Notes: generated by a model not told the origin, from the sequence alone. A stretch of DNA of 63,919 bases, filler included, from Globobulimina sp. (GCA_003354225.1; 35 parts of 35 records of this genome joined end to end with filler, not necessarily neighbours in it), one strand, 5' to 3'; counted from the first letter of the whole stretch, positions 11,698 through 23,791 are shown. Program-made: numbers and translations.

Positions 11698-12711
11698 ATG
11701 ACAGAACAAAAAGAAAGCTCCCTAATAACAGTGAAAAATGAAGATTCATTCAAAACATCTTATTCAACATCAACATTTTGTGTATTATATTTCTGGGCAG
11801 ATTGGCACAATTCATGCAAACAAATACAATCCGTACTTTCCGAATTATCGTCAGACCACAAAGAATTACAATTTTACTCCATAAATGCCGAAGAATTTGA
11901 GGATTTAACATCTTTTTTCAATGTGGAGTCTGTGCCAACAATTATTTTATGTAAAAAACAAACTGAAACAAAGCGTTTAGAGGGCCAATCCATTCCAAAT
12001 ACTGTAAATACAATAAAACAATTTGCGAATCACTCACAAACGGAATCATCACTAAAAGATTTAAAACCAAATAAAAATAAAAATAAAAACAAAAACCAAG
12101 AAAAAGAAAAAGAATCAACTCAACAATTAAATCAACGCATTGCCAAATTAATTGCGGCCGCTCCGATTATGCTCTTTATGAAAGGTTTGCAATTTGCATG
12201 TCTGAAATTTCTCTTTTTTTCTGATTATAATTATTATACAAAAGGAACACCGCAAGAACCAAAATGTAAATTTAGTAGGGCCACGGTTGAGATATTGGCA
12301 CAGCAAAATGTGACCAAATATGGATATTTTAACATATTGAATGATGAATCTGTTCGCAGCCAAATTAAAATCTATTCCAATTGGAAAACATTTCCGCAGT
12401 TATATATAAATAACAAATTAATTGGTGGTTTAGATGTAATTAAAGAGAAAATTGAAGACAATGAATTTAAAGATTTATTACCGCAAAAAACAAATGACTT
12501 AAATGCAAAATTAGAGAAATTAATAAATAAAGGAAAGATAATGTTATTTATTAAAGGTACGCCATCATCGCCAAAATGTGGTTTTAGTAATCAAATTATA
12601 CAAATATTAAAACAACAAAATGTAAATAATTTTGCTTATTTTAATATTTTGGAAGATATGGAAGTAAGAGAAGGGTTAAAAACATATTCAAATTGGCCAA
12701 CGTATCCTCAG
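11698..12711 (+). CDS. GLRX3: Monothiol glutaredoxin-3 (PICOT): Trx-like + at least 2 Grx domains; in-frame intron 12185-12244; 3' truncated
   Basis: FWADW Trx-like domain; KGTPQEPKCKFS and KGTPSSPKCGFS; YSNWPTYPQ; LIGGLD. Confidence 0.93.
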
Positions 12712-12889
12712 NNNNNNNNNNNNNNNNNNNNNNNNNNNNNNNNNNNNNNNNNNNNTTAATTAATTAANNNNNNNNNNNNNNNNNNNNNNNNNNNNNNNNN
12801 NNNNNNNNNNNCTGATTTTCACATTTGCCAGTCCTACTGGACTAACTTTCAAACAATGTCCATGTGGCTACCTGAGTATTTTTGCCAAC

Positions 12890-13590
12890 TAGCTGGCCAA
12901 AATGAGTCATTTGACCCATTTTTTGTACTCTCTCTGTACTCGACTCGTTTAACGTGAGCTTTTTTTGTTCTCGACTCATCAAAAATGAGTCAAAAATTTG
13001 TTATATTCTGACTCACTAAAATACAAAATATGCTCAGCTTTATGTGAGAGTAAATATGCATGAGTCATCAGCGAGTACATGAGTCAAGAGAAGAGAAAAG
13101 TGTTGGAGAAGTGTTGGTTTTTGACTCATGATATTAAATATGAGTCAAAAAACGAGAGTAAACACTCGCTGGTGACTCATATATACTCAACAATAGACTC
13201 ATCCTACCAACTTTGGCCAACCAAAGAGTCACAAAATATTAAATATGAGTCATACAGTATTAAATATGAGTTAAAATCCAATTGAGGAGTCATATTTTTC
13301 AAGTTTTGAAAAATGTTGGTCTGTTGAGGAGTCATACAATATTAAATATGAGTCAAAAAGAGTATATTGCTTGACTCATTACTCTGAGCAACTTTGAGTT
13401 TCCAAAAAAGATTCATTTATACTCTTTGTGAGTCATTAGGTAGTAAATATGAGTTTAAAAATGAGTAAAATATAGATTCATGTGACTTTACTCATTTTTA
13501 CTCAACATTTTTTTTACTCGTTTTTACTCATTTTTACTCAAACCCCCTAAAAATACTCGTGTACGTACTCAACATTTATGAGTCAAAATA
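12890..13590. repeat. Degenerate array of TGAGTCA/TGACTCA (AAATATGAGTCA-type) motifs
   Basis: About 13 exact TGA[GC]TCA copies plus many TACTCA/GAGTA variants in ~700 bp; duplicated GAGGAGTCATA and ATTAAATATGAGT. Confidence 0.7.
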
Positions 13591-14412
13591 GTGCTCATTG
13601 CTTTGCTTTGATTTGATTTGATTCATTCCATAAATGATTGGCTTATTTTTATTTTTAGAATTGCCATTCAATAATGCATTCCATTCCATTTTGCTTTGTT
13701 CATTCCTGTCATTGCCTCGCAAATAATTAGATTACCTGAAAGAAAAATTGCACAAGAAAACCCAGTCACGCTAGAATTCAGAAACAAAAATTATTTGTAA
13801 GTGTCTTAGAATTTGATGAAAACACCAAAAAACCACACGACAAAGCAATAAAAAAAAGATACATTTCGGCGTTTGGAAAGTACGAACAACAAACGCACAT
13901 TTGCCCCACACACTTCTGTATAATTGGAAACAATTTCGCATTGTTTCTCCTCTTTCAGATACAGATCATATTCTGCATCCTGTTCATTGCGATTATATTT
14001 TATTTCTGTATCGATTGATTGCTCGGTGAAGACTTCACCACAACAAGCGTTGACTGCGGTTCCCATTGTACAAGTTGGTAAAATTCCAGAAATAAACAAA
14101 TAAAATTAGGAAGATGAAGAAAGGTTTAAGTATGCTACAATTTTGCCACTATCTTTAGCAGATTCAATGATCAGTGTATAATCCGCATTTTCATATCTCT
14201 GGCTAGCACCTAATGCTACTTTCCATCCAATTGTCTTCAATCTGGTTGCATATAATCCTCCCATTGTTTTTATAATATTTACACATTCTGATTTACTCGA
14301 ATTGATCGAAAAATCAACAATAACTTGTTTCAAAGCATTTGCATGCACTAAATCAACCAATAACAATTTCCAAAATTCAGTCCATGTGATAGATCGACGA
14401 GGCTGGGCAATC

Positions 14413-14520
14413 TAAATAGTTACTAAAATAGTTTCTAAAATAGTAACTAAATAGTTGCTAAAGCGTTGCTGAATAGGCTAGGTTTCTAAATAGTTACTAA
14501 ATAATTGCTAAATAGTTACG
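14413..14520. repeat. Degenerate AAATAGTTACTA-like tandem repeat
   Basis: Repeated aaatagttacta/aaatagtttcta/aaatagttgcta units. Confidence 0.6.
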
Positions 14521-14906
14521 CATTATCGTTTTTGTTTTGAANNNNNNNNNNNNNNNNNNNNNNNNNNNNNNNNNNNNNNNNNNNNTTAATTAATTAANNN
14601 NNNNNNNNNNNNNNNNNNNNNNNNNNNNNNNNNNNNNNNNNATTCTATTAAAAAAGGCAGTCAGTTACATATCATATTAAAACCTAAAGACACTTGTATT
14701 ATTTTATAATAATTGGGCTCTTCTATTCTCTTTGCGTATTGATGTGAATAATCATATTAACTTTAATCATTTTTTGTTGTGTTCAAGAAGCATGAGATCA
14801 CAATGCTTTTGTTGTCGTTTGTAGAACTGACCATTACGGAGTAGTTTTTATTACGGACTCTTGCTGCTACTACTCATTATTTTATAAACCTCTTTCTCTT
14901 TGCACC

Positions 14907-16221
14907 ATGCAGTTAACTTCTTCGTTGAATAATAATATTAATCACCCAAATGCAAGAAACAATGTCAATAATCCGTTATTTGGTGGTACACTGAATACAA
15001 TGAATGGTGCAGCAAATTCATTTCAGTCAGAACAATTAGTTCGAATGTTGCTCAATGCAAGCAATGCTACCAATATTAGTAATATACCAATCAGCAATCA
15101 ACACATATCCGCATATCCACATATAACAAACATATCAAACGTGTGTCTTCCACCATCAATGACAACACATTTGCAACTGACCAATATGTCGCATATTGGT
15201 AACGGCGGCACCATATTAGTCAATACTAACGCTAATAATTACAATGTCAACAATAGAAACAACATATTAGCCCCATTACCAAATATGAATCTGAATATGA
15301 ATCTGAATATGAATAATATGAATAATATGAATTTGATTCATCCCCAACCACAACCACCACAACAACAACCGGCAAATATTAATGTCAGTAATAATATTAA
15401 CAACACCAATATTAATAATAGGGGTAATATTCATTTTAACTTGTTCGGATTTCCAAATATTCAAAATCTATTTCCAAGTGTTCCCAATATCAAAAATACA
15501 AACGATAACATCATGAAACAAGAAAATGGATTCCATATAAAACAAGATATGGAACATACGAATATTAAAAACATCATTGATGTTAGACCTATTAAACACA
15601 GTTTGGCAGACGATAATAATTCAAGGAATAATGAAGAAACGCAAACGTATATTTGCCCAGTTTGCAAGAAAAAATTTAAACATCGATCCAATCTAAAAAT
15701 ACATTTTGTTGTTCATACGGCTGAGGCTTTGTGCTGCAAGTTTTGTGGTAAAAAATTTGCGAGGAAATCCAATTTAAATCAACATACTCGAATACATACC
15801 GGCGAGAAACCATATAAATGTACTTATTGTTGTAAATCCTTTGCGCAGTCACATAGGTTTGTTAATTAACTGTATATGTACCGGTACCTTATTATATATA
15901 TATGTATATTATATATATATATTAAGTATATTAATGTTTGTATATACCTACTTTGTGAAAAATATATCATTTAATTTGTATATGCATAGTTTGAAAGACC
16001 ATCAGCGAATCCATACTGGTGAGCGGCCGTATAAATGCGAATTTTGTGAGAAGAAATTTAAAGTTAAACATAATATGGTGGCGCATCGCAGATTGCATAC
16101 AGGTGAAAGACCGCATAAATGTCCATTTTGCATAAAATCATTTGCCTCCAAATCATCTCTCAATGGACATCAAAAGAAAAAACATCCAATAAATTTAACA
16201 AATTATAATCCTAAAAAATAA
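14907..16221 (+). CDS. C2H2 zinc-finger transcription factor (5 fingers, Asn-rich N-terminus); intron 15857-15989
   Basis: Five CxxC...HxxxH fingers with TGEKP/TGERP linkers; spliced QSH-S-LKDHQRIH completes finger 3. Confidence 0.92.
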
Positions 16222-16473
16222 ATAAACTTAAAAACAGTTTTAATATGACTATGACTGCATGTTTCAAACACAAGTCTTGTTAAATCATCATGAATAAGAC
16301 TTATGTGTTTTATTTATTATCATTTAACATTTTTTGTTTAATAATTTCTGCTTTGTTTTTTTTTCTTTTTTNNNNNNNNNNNNNNNNNNNNNNNNNNNNN
16401 NNNNNNNNNNNNNNNTTAATTAATTAANNNNNNNNNNNNNNNNNNNNNNNNNNNNNNNNNNNNNNNNNNNNCG

Positions 16474-17529
16474 TTTTGGGGCGTTCAATTTGCATATTTG
16501 ATCTCCAATTTTATTGAGTTTGAAGCGCGCGAATTGCCAAAAGAATTAAATAGAAAATACTGCAGCAAAAACTATCGGAATATCACAAGTGATGATATTC
16601 AAAATGAAGTCTATGGCGTCAAACAGCAAAGAATCCAAAATGTTGTCATCACATTAGATAAAATAAAATATGTTTTACGCAATCAATCCACGCAAAATAA
16701 ACAGAAACAAGCACCAATTCGGAGATTAAGTTCTGTTGAAATATTGAATAAAATATGGAATGACGAAAATTCGCTAATTCATTCGTTGATAAAATGCTTG
16801 AAATTCCACAAAAATTCGGCAAACAATCAAAAAAATAATAAATTGCATATTGAAGAAATTGAAAATTTATATATCTCAAATTTAAATTTAAAAACGGATT
16901 TATCCGATTTGAAAAAGAAACTATTTTTTATTCGCGACAAACTGCGCAAATGTCTGTCGTCAGAAACCTGTTATTTTTCCGCCGCTGCTGATTTATTACA
17001 TTTGTGGGCGAATAGTAAATATTTCTTTGTTCATAACAATTATGACTCCATCAAGTCGTTACCATTTACTTTACGCGAATTGGGCTTCGAAGAGAGTAAG
17101 AAAATAAACATTAATATGTCGTGTCAAAAACCTTACGGTCCGTTATATATTTGGGGACAACTCTCATTTTGGTGGAAGCAAACGGTGGAAAAACCAGACA
17201 CCTCTTTGGCGCATTGTCGCCGCGGTTGCATTTATTTGCCATTTTTGGATTCTTGTTTCAGCAAAAAAATAAATAAAGCCATTATTAAACCGTATGACAA
17301 TCAAACGAGAAATTATTTTATTCAATCTTTAGCTGAAAATTGTCATTCTTCGTGGTCCAATTCACTGCATTTCTCATTTAAATCCATCACACCACAAACT
17401 CAAAAAATTTATGCCTCCCCTTTTTTGGATCATTATCTCGATTATGATCACGACGATGACCACAATAATCAGAACAATGCAAATCAATTAATTCAAATTA
17501 TTAAACAATTAAAAGAATGGCAATATTGA
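16474..17529 (+). CDS. ATXR3/SDG2-like histone methyltransferase, C-terminal region, 5' truncated
   Basis: QRIQNVVITLDKIKY, AAADLLHLWA, GQLSFWWKQT, RGCIYLP and ASPFLD match the conserved ATXR3 C-terminal blocks as recalled. Confidence 0.78.
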   Translation, partial: FWGVQFAYLISNFIEFEARELPKELNRKYCSKNYRNITSDDIQNEVYGVKQQRIQNVVITLDKIKYVLRNQSTQNKQKQAPIRRLSSVEILNKIWNDENSLIHSLIKCLKFHKNSANNQKNNKLHIEEIENLYISNLNLKTDLSDLKKKLFFIRDKLRKCLSSETCYFSAAADLLHLWANSKYFFVHNNYDSIKSLPFTLRELGFEESKKININMSCQKPYGPLYIWGQLSFWWKQTVEKPDTSLAHCRRGCIYLPFLDSCFSKKINKAIIKPYDNQTRNYFIQSLAENCHSSWSNSLHFSFKSITPQTQKIYASPFLDHYLDYDHDDDHNNQNNANQLIQIIKQLKEWQY

Positions 17530-17815
17530 TATTGACAAAATTAAATAAAAACTTGATTTAAATAATAATTATGTTCTTTGTTTGTATACTTGCAAAAACA
17601 AACAATTTTATAAGTCCACATAAATACAAGTCGAAAAAAGTAAATGATGGCTAGATCACTTAAAAACGTTTAGGTCGACCGTTTTTTTTTCGGTCTGAAA
17701 TATGTACAAATGGATATATCCATCCTTAGATCCTTCCTTTTCAGAAACTCCTTTGGATTCCAAAAGTACCCAAAACTTTTTTTGAAGTGATTTAGTCATC
17801 ACTGACTAGCTGAGA

Positions 17816-18201
17816 ATGGTCTCTAAATTGAATTGTTGGTGTCCTTTATTTGTATTTTTTGTATATGGTTTTGTTTTTGTCTGGTTATCGTTGGACAAAT
17901 ACGTAGAATATTGTTTAAAGGCAGAAACATTCAGTCAAGATGAGGCAGACTTATTTTTCACTTCTAATCTACAACAAATTGATTTATCAAAACATGAAAT
18001 AATGGCTATTCCGTTTGATTACAAGAAAGACTATTTATTAAATAAACATTTATTTGAAATCATCGATCATTTTATTGAAAATGGCAATTATTACGGCGAT
18101 GTCACACAGAATAAACAGAGTTTGATTGAAAATAAAACCACAATTTTAATTATGTCGTATGAGAATAATTTATTCGATTTATTAAAACTCATTGAATTTT
18201 A
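17816..18201 (+). CDS. Hypothetical protein, 3' truncated (exon structure uncertain)
   Basis: ORF open to the contig end; no motif recognised. Confidence 0.35.
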
Positions 18202-18301
18202 NNNNNNNNNNNNNNNNNNNNNNNNNNNNNNNNNNNNNNNNNNNNTTAATTAATTAANNNNNNNNNNNNNNNNNNNNNNNNNNNNNNNNNNNNNNNNNNN
18301 N

Positions 18302-18736
18302 TATTGTATACCGAGTCTATTTTGTGAGAAAGAATTTCGTTGCAAAATGTGGCTCTCTATACCTGGGATATGGAACAACCTATTTTGTGTTTTTAACTTA
18401 TTATTTATGATAACAATACAACATTGTGCTTGTATATAAACACTGCTTTTTGCACAATATTTTGTTTATGGGTTCAGTGATTCCCATTTAAAAAAAAATA
18501 ATGTTTTCATTTTACAGTTAATAATTTTCAACGAAGAAGCATTCAACCAAATATATTTGAGTGAACCCATAAACAAAATATTGTGCAAAAAGCAGTGTTT
18601 ATATACAAGCACAATGTTGTATTGTTATCATAAATAATAAGTGAAAAACACACAATAGGTTGTTCCATATACCAGGTATAGAGAGCCACATTTTGCAACG
18701 AAATTCTTTCTCACAAAATAGACTCGGTATACAATA
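18302..18736. mobile_element. Foldback/MITE-like element: 175-bp inverted arms (18302-18476 and 18562-18736) with 85-bp spacer
   Basis: Arms are reverse complements with about 3 mismatches; the left arm starts at the contig edge. Confidence 0.8.
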
Positions 18737-19175
18737 AAAAATCACGATTCATGTACGAGGTTTATGGACGTTGCCATATGATTCGCGAAGTTTTTTGAAT
18801 TCAAACTGTAATTTTAAAAACAATGTGTTTCAAATATGTTATAACTTTGTCTTGGGTTTGCAAATCCAGAACAAAGTCAGAACAAATTTATAATTGAACT
18901 AAATGTATACAAAGGTAGTGGTTATCCAAACAGGAGGGTTATCTTTTGGAATATATCGTTAAGCAGCTGCTACATAAATTCATAATTATAAAAATAGATA
19001 ATTTGCTCATAATTTTCTACCAAAAATTTGCTCATTACACAGTCTGATAATCTACAGTTATGTAAAAAGAATTAAATCATTTTTTTTTTGTCTTTTTCCT
19101 TATCAATAGGGTCTCCGATATCTTGTAAAACACCTTTTTAATTTTTTGCCAAAGGTTGTAAACTCCTTTGTAAGC

Positions 19176-20031
19176 ATGTCCAGAAGAGTAGCAAAAGATC
19201 CGGCCAATGACTGGATCACAATGAGAATGGATGATGAAGGGAATGAGTTCGAGCAAGGTTGCTGTGGGGAAGATCATGATATATTAAATTCAAACTGGCT
19301 TCAATGCACGGAAGGTATTTATATCTATTGCACGGAATGTTGACATGGAAAAAGCTTTGTGGATTTATTTTTTTTGTTCCACACTACTGTTTCACAATTA
19401 AGAAATATCTACAATTCTGTTCCGCAAAAAATGTGCCTGACAAAATCTACAAACGTTTTTATATTGTAAATATTGCTCAGCTGGATGTGACGTATGGTTT
19501 GGCGCACTTTGTGCATCGCATGAGTTAAAATTGAATGATGATGAACTGGCTATTTTAATGTCTACAGAATGTGATATATTTAAATGTTATCGCCATGGAT
19601 GGACAACTATGAATATTGAGGAAATACGTGAGGCAGCAGCGGCTGTACAAGAAGAGAAAGATGTAATATTACAAGGAACTGCATTATATTCGTTTAATAG
19701 TGATGATGAGCAAGAAGAAGAAGAAGAAGAAGATGAAGATGATGACGATTCAGATAATGAAAATAAAAAAGCATCGGCGTCACATACTACGCAACATTTA
19801 GGTGCAACATATTCGCCGACTTATCGATTAACATTAGATTCAACATCGTTTTTATTTGAATTATCAAAATCATCATCAAATATCGATGATTATATTCGTA
19901 GTGAAGTATTGCGGGCATTTTTTGGTGATCAAAGGGTATTAATTCAAATGGCATACAAGAGTTTGGTGAAAAAAGGGTATTCTACGGCAGCAATTGCTCA
20001 AAGAATTTATGGTATTGCAAGGGCATTAAAA
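19176..20031 (+). CDS. PHD-like zinc-finger protein with acidic tract; intron 19315-19480; 3' truncated
   Basis: Spliced CC...WLQCTEAGCDVWFGALC...FKCYRH; poly-E/D region follows. Confidence 0.55.
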
Positions 20032-20204
20032 NNNNNNNNNNNNNNNNNNNNNNNNNNNNNNNNNNNNNNNNNNNNTTAATTAATTAANNNNNNNNNNNNN
20101 NNNNNNNNNNNNNNNNNNNNNNNNNNNNNNNTGAAGACACCATATGCATTGAAAAAGAAAAAGTAAAAAAAAAATTACCATTACCACTAAAATATTATGT
20201 AAAA

Positions 20205-21347
20205 ATGGAGCATTTATTGCAATTTTTATATCCAACACATATACTTTATCCAAACTCAACATTGCGATTATTTTTATTTGCTGAATATGGCCCATTATAT
20301 AATCACCATTCATATCACCAATGTCTATGTTTTGAGTGCAGAGAGAAATGCAAACAAATAAGAAAACAAAATGAAATCGCAAAACAACTGTACTATGGCA
20401 AAATATTAATTGGAACAAACAAATTGAATATCAATGATGAAAAATTAGATTGGATTTGCAATAAATGCAAAACACATTGTTCCACCATTCATCATCTTAA
20501 ATCTGGTACAAAAAATCTGCACATCGTATCTGACTCAGAATTGTCGAAAATGGAGCAAGAGATCAAAAGAGAAGACTTATTGTCATGTTTTGTATCAAAC
20601 AAAGACAAGTTACGTAACCCATTGACAGTCGATGAAGAAAATGAATTGATCCATAGACAGCCATTCAGAGTCAAACATGTTCCACAATTAACAAAACAAA
20701 GAATCGTTGATATATTCAGCAAATTAGCCACCTATAAATTGTATACAAATACTGAAACAGAAACAGATAACAACAAAGTGAACGAACCGGAGCAAACTGA
20801 CAAAATGCCGGAAGAAATACAGTCAGAAAATCCAGAAACGCAACAAATCGAATCAAAAAAACCCAGTGGAATCGAAAACGATGACACAGAAAATGTGGAA
20901 AATAAAGAAACAGAACAAACCGAACAACTAGAAACAACTCAAAACGATGAGATACAAATTGATGAAGAAGGCGAGGATGTAATTTCATTTTATGATATTT
21001 CTGCAGTGGTTAGGAAAGTAAGAGAGCAACGAAAGAAAGACTTATTGCGAAGGAGTGTCACTACGCAAGATCCAGTCAAAAATGGACCGAAAAATAGATC
21101 GAAAGGATTCCAGTCAACCGCATTAAAATATACATCAATGCAGAAAGTGTCCGAATGCGAATTATCAGATGTATTAACCAGTTTGTTGCATGAATATACG
21201 CATCAAATTGCTACGTTGGATATTGGATCACAGAATAATGTCACACAAAATGTTCGATTATTAAGACATTTGCAAAAAGACACTCAAACTAATTGGGATT
21301 CAAATTGTTGCTTAAGAAATAGTAATCGATTAACAAATAACCAATGA
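20205..21347 (+). CDS. Hypothetical protein (Cys pairs, acidic low-complexity middle)
   Basis: 380-aa ORF; start uncertain. Confidence 0.55.
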   Translation: MEHLLQFLYPTHILYPNSTLRLFLFAEYGPLYNHHSYHQCLCFECREKCKQIRKQNEIAKQLYYGKILIGTNKLNINDEKLDWICNKCKTHCSTIHHLKSGTKNLHIVSDSELSKMEQEIKREDLLSCFVSNKDKLRNPLTVDEENELIHRQPFRVKHVPQLTKQRIVDIFSKLATYKLYTNTETETDNNKVNEPEQTDKMPEEIQSENPETQQIESKKPSGIENDDTENVENKETEQTEQLETTQNDEIQIDEEGEDVISFYDISAVVRKVREQRKKDLLRRSVTTQDPVKNGPKNRSKGFQSTALKYTSMQKVSECELSDVLTSLLHEYTHQIATLDIGSQNNVTQNVRLLRHLQKDTQTNWDSNCCLRNSNRLTNNQ

Positions 21348-21415
21348 ATAAATGTCATTTTGTCAACGTTTTGTGTTAATTAATAAAAACGTTTTTTTAA
21401 ATTTAACTCGCCATC

Positions 21416-21861
21416 ATGTCGTCACCTGAACCACAAAATGTGTTACAACAATCTTTGCCATACCTACTTGTATTTATACTGTGCTCATTTATCGTGTCAG
21501 TAACAGAATGTTCTCAAATGGCTTTAAAAAAATTTAAATACCCATTCATTCTTCGTTATATCAACACAATGGAACAAATTCTATTATCTCTAATCATTCC
21601 AATCTGGCGATGGTGCAAACTTTATAATGCAAGGAAGGAAAACTACAGTCATTCTTCAATTAATTCTGCAGAAAATAATGAATCATTAAAAATCATCAAA
21701 GATTATCATTGGTTTCTATTTTACACAGTTTGTGGCTCTTTAAGTACATCGAGTGCTGGAATGATATTAAATGTTGGTCTCAGTGATATAACTGTCCCTA
21801 CTGCCATTTCATTGAGTTCTTTTCGTACTATCTTCACCTTAATATTATCAGTGATATTGCT
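21416..21861 (+). CDS. Drug/metabolite transporter (SLC35F/EamA-like), 3' truncated
   Basis: FKYPFILRYINT and LSDITVPTAISLSSFRTIFTLILS patterns with TM helices. Confidence 0.65.
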
Positions 21862-21986
21862 NNNNNNNNNNNNNNNNNNNNNNNNNNNNNNNNNNNNNNN
21901 NNNNNTTAATTAATTAANNNNNNNNNNNNNNNNNNNNNNNNNNNNNNNNNNNNNNNNNNNNTGGACTTTCGTTTCGTTTCGTTTCA

Positions 21987-22434
21987 ACGATTAGCAAAGT
22001 TTTTGGGTTAGCTAGAGTGGTTTTCAACTTAACGACATATATTCCAAAAGATACCCCCCCTGGTCGATAAGTTGTATACATTTGATTCAATTATCTGAGA
22101 AACGCTTTGCAATCCAGAAATGGTTTTGCATATATACAGTTTGTATTCACTTTGCATAAATATCGACCAGATGGGGGGTTATCTATACTGTTTGAAAAGA
22201 GCATCCGGTTTTCAGCGTCAGATTTTTATTGGTGTAAGGTATAAGCAAACCGTTTCTGGTGACTGCTAAAAAGAAACAATAATAATCTGACGTTGAAAAC
22301 CAGATGCTCTTAACCTCTCTAGAAACAAACACCACAAAATATTATTAAACTCATCGTTTAAGTAATCCTATAGCAATGACCTAGTATTCGAAGTTTAAAA
22401 CCACTCTAGCTAACCCCCAAACCTTGCCAATCGT
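21987..22434. mobile_element. MITE-like element with 44-bp imperfect terminal inverted repeats and two internal hairpins
   Basis: 21987-22030 vs 22391-22434 inverted; internal IRs 22049-22069/22161-22184 and 22197-22230/22278-22311. Confidence 0.7.
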
Positions 22435-22554
22435 CTTCTTTTTCAGACTGCATTGGGTTTACGGACGTTACCAAATCTGACGGTGTGCGTGTTGGGACAA
22501 CTGCGAAACTACTTTGGGACAACGCCTTTATTTACATTTACATTTGGGACAACA

Positions 22555-23691
22555 CTAAGCGTAGATATTACATTCTATGTTATGCCATAAAAATTGCAAT
22601 TGCCACACTCTTTTATCATTACTTCTTCCTTTGCAGTCAACTAATTTAAAATCTCCATTCAAAGTTACAATACGCTCCTCTCTTTCATGGGTTTCCCCCG
22701 CCGATATTGATCTTTCTCCACTTGTACGGAATTCAACATAGTCTGTCTCATAGATGATAATGCAATTAATATATTCATCTGTGTTTAATATTAATTGTGC
22801 AGCTGGCTCTGAGTCTGACTTTTTACCATGTTTTCCCATCCAAACACCATTTACTTCAAACTCAATACCTGTCACATACTCTATATCATCATCATCCGTA
22901 TCACTCCATAACCGAATACCTGTAATTTTCTGCGTTTTATGATCTTTAATCAAATGCTTAAAAGGCTCGCCATCATCATATCCAAATTTATTTCCCCATC
23001 GATTATGATAAATACTTTCTTTTCTTTCATCCAATAATATATTTGCAAAATAAAGCACCAAATACAACATTGCATCAATAATATGAGCTAAAACTCCCAT
23101 TGTCCAATAAATCAAAATCATATCACTATTGCTCTCATTTTTAAATATCATTCGCGTTCCTGAATCATGACAGATACCACAATCAAACTTAATTGTTCCA
23201 AATATTGTAATTAATATCAATCCAATCGTTGTTTCCACCCATTTCAATACAAAAAACATTCGATACTCTTTGTTGATATCCATAATTGCTACGAGATACA
23301 TGATGGCATAGACAGCACCCTCAAGTACTGAGTCTACATTATCATCGAAACAATTCGCCACCCACCAAACTACAAACACTAATCCAGCCCATATTGGTAG
23401 CCACGCCCCTCCCATCACCGTCCAAATGAGAGTAAACACTGCGAACTTTGTCAAAATATGACAAACCCGCCAGGCAATACGCACTAAATACCAATAATTA
23501 ATACAAACTGGACATCTTCCTCTCGCTTTTAATGATTTCGCCCTATCCGCAACGTAATCTTTATCATACCATCCATATTTGCTTGCAATACTAAATAAAC
23601 TCGCCAATACGCTCAATATTATTAAACTGAAATTTGCTCCACTTTCCCTAAGAAGCGGATCATTTTGGGATCTCAACACGAATACGGATTG
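22555..23691 (-). CDS. Multi-pass membrane protein (XK-related-like) with C-terminal jacalin-like lectin domain; 5' truncated
   Basis: TM region with SVLASLFSIASKY and RIAWRVCHILTKF; tail FGYDDGEPF, ITGIRLWSD, VTGIEF, HGKK, DEYI, FRTS, KGRS...QLQFLW fits the jacalin beta-prism pattern. Confidence 0.6.
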   Translation of the reverse strand, partial: QSVFVLRSQNDPLLRESGANFSLIILSVLASLFSIASKYGWYDKDYVADRAKSLKARGRCPVCINYWYLVRIAWRVCHILTKFAVFTLIWTVMGGAWLPIWAGLVFVVWWVANCFDDNVDSVLEGAVYAIMYLVAIMDINKEYRMFFVLKWVETTIGLILITIFGTIKFDCGICHDSGTRMIFKNESNSDMILIYWTMGVLAHIIDAMLYLVLYFANILLDERKESIYHNRWGNKFGYDDGEPFKHLIKDHKTQKITGIRLWSDTDDDDIEYVTGIEFEVNGVWMGKHGKKSDSEPAAQLILNTDEYINCIIIYETDYVEFRTSGERSISAGETHEREERIVTLNGDFKLVDCKGRSNDKRVWQLQFLWHNIECNIYA

Positions 23692-23791
23692 NNNNNNNNN
23701 NNNNNNNNNNNNNNNNNNNNNNNNNNNNNNNNNNNTTAATTAATTAANNNNNNNNNNNNNNNNNNNNNNNNNNNNNNNNNNNNNNNNNNNN

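Noticed and set aside
13079-13285. 68-aa ORF with KYES repeats
   Set aside because: Chance translation of the AAATATGAGTCA repeat array.
13806-14366. Two minus-strand ORF fragments as one gene
   Set aside because: No convincing splice join or motif found; left uncalled.
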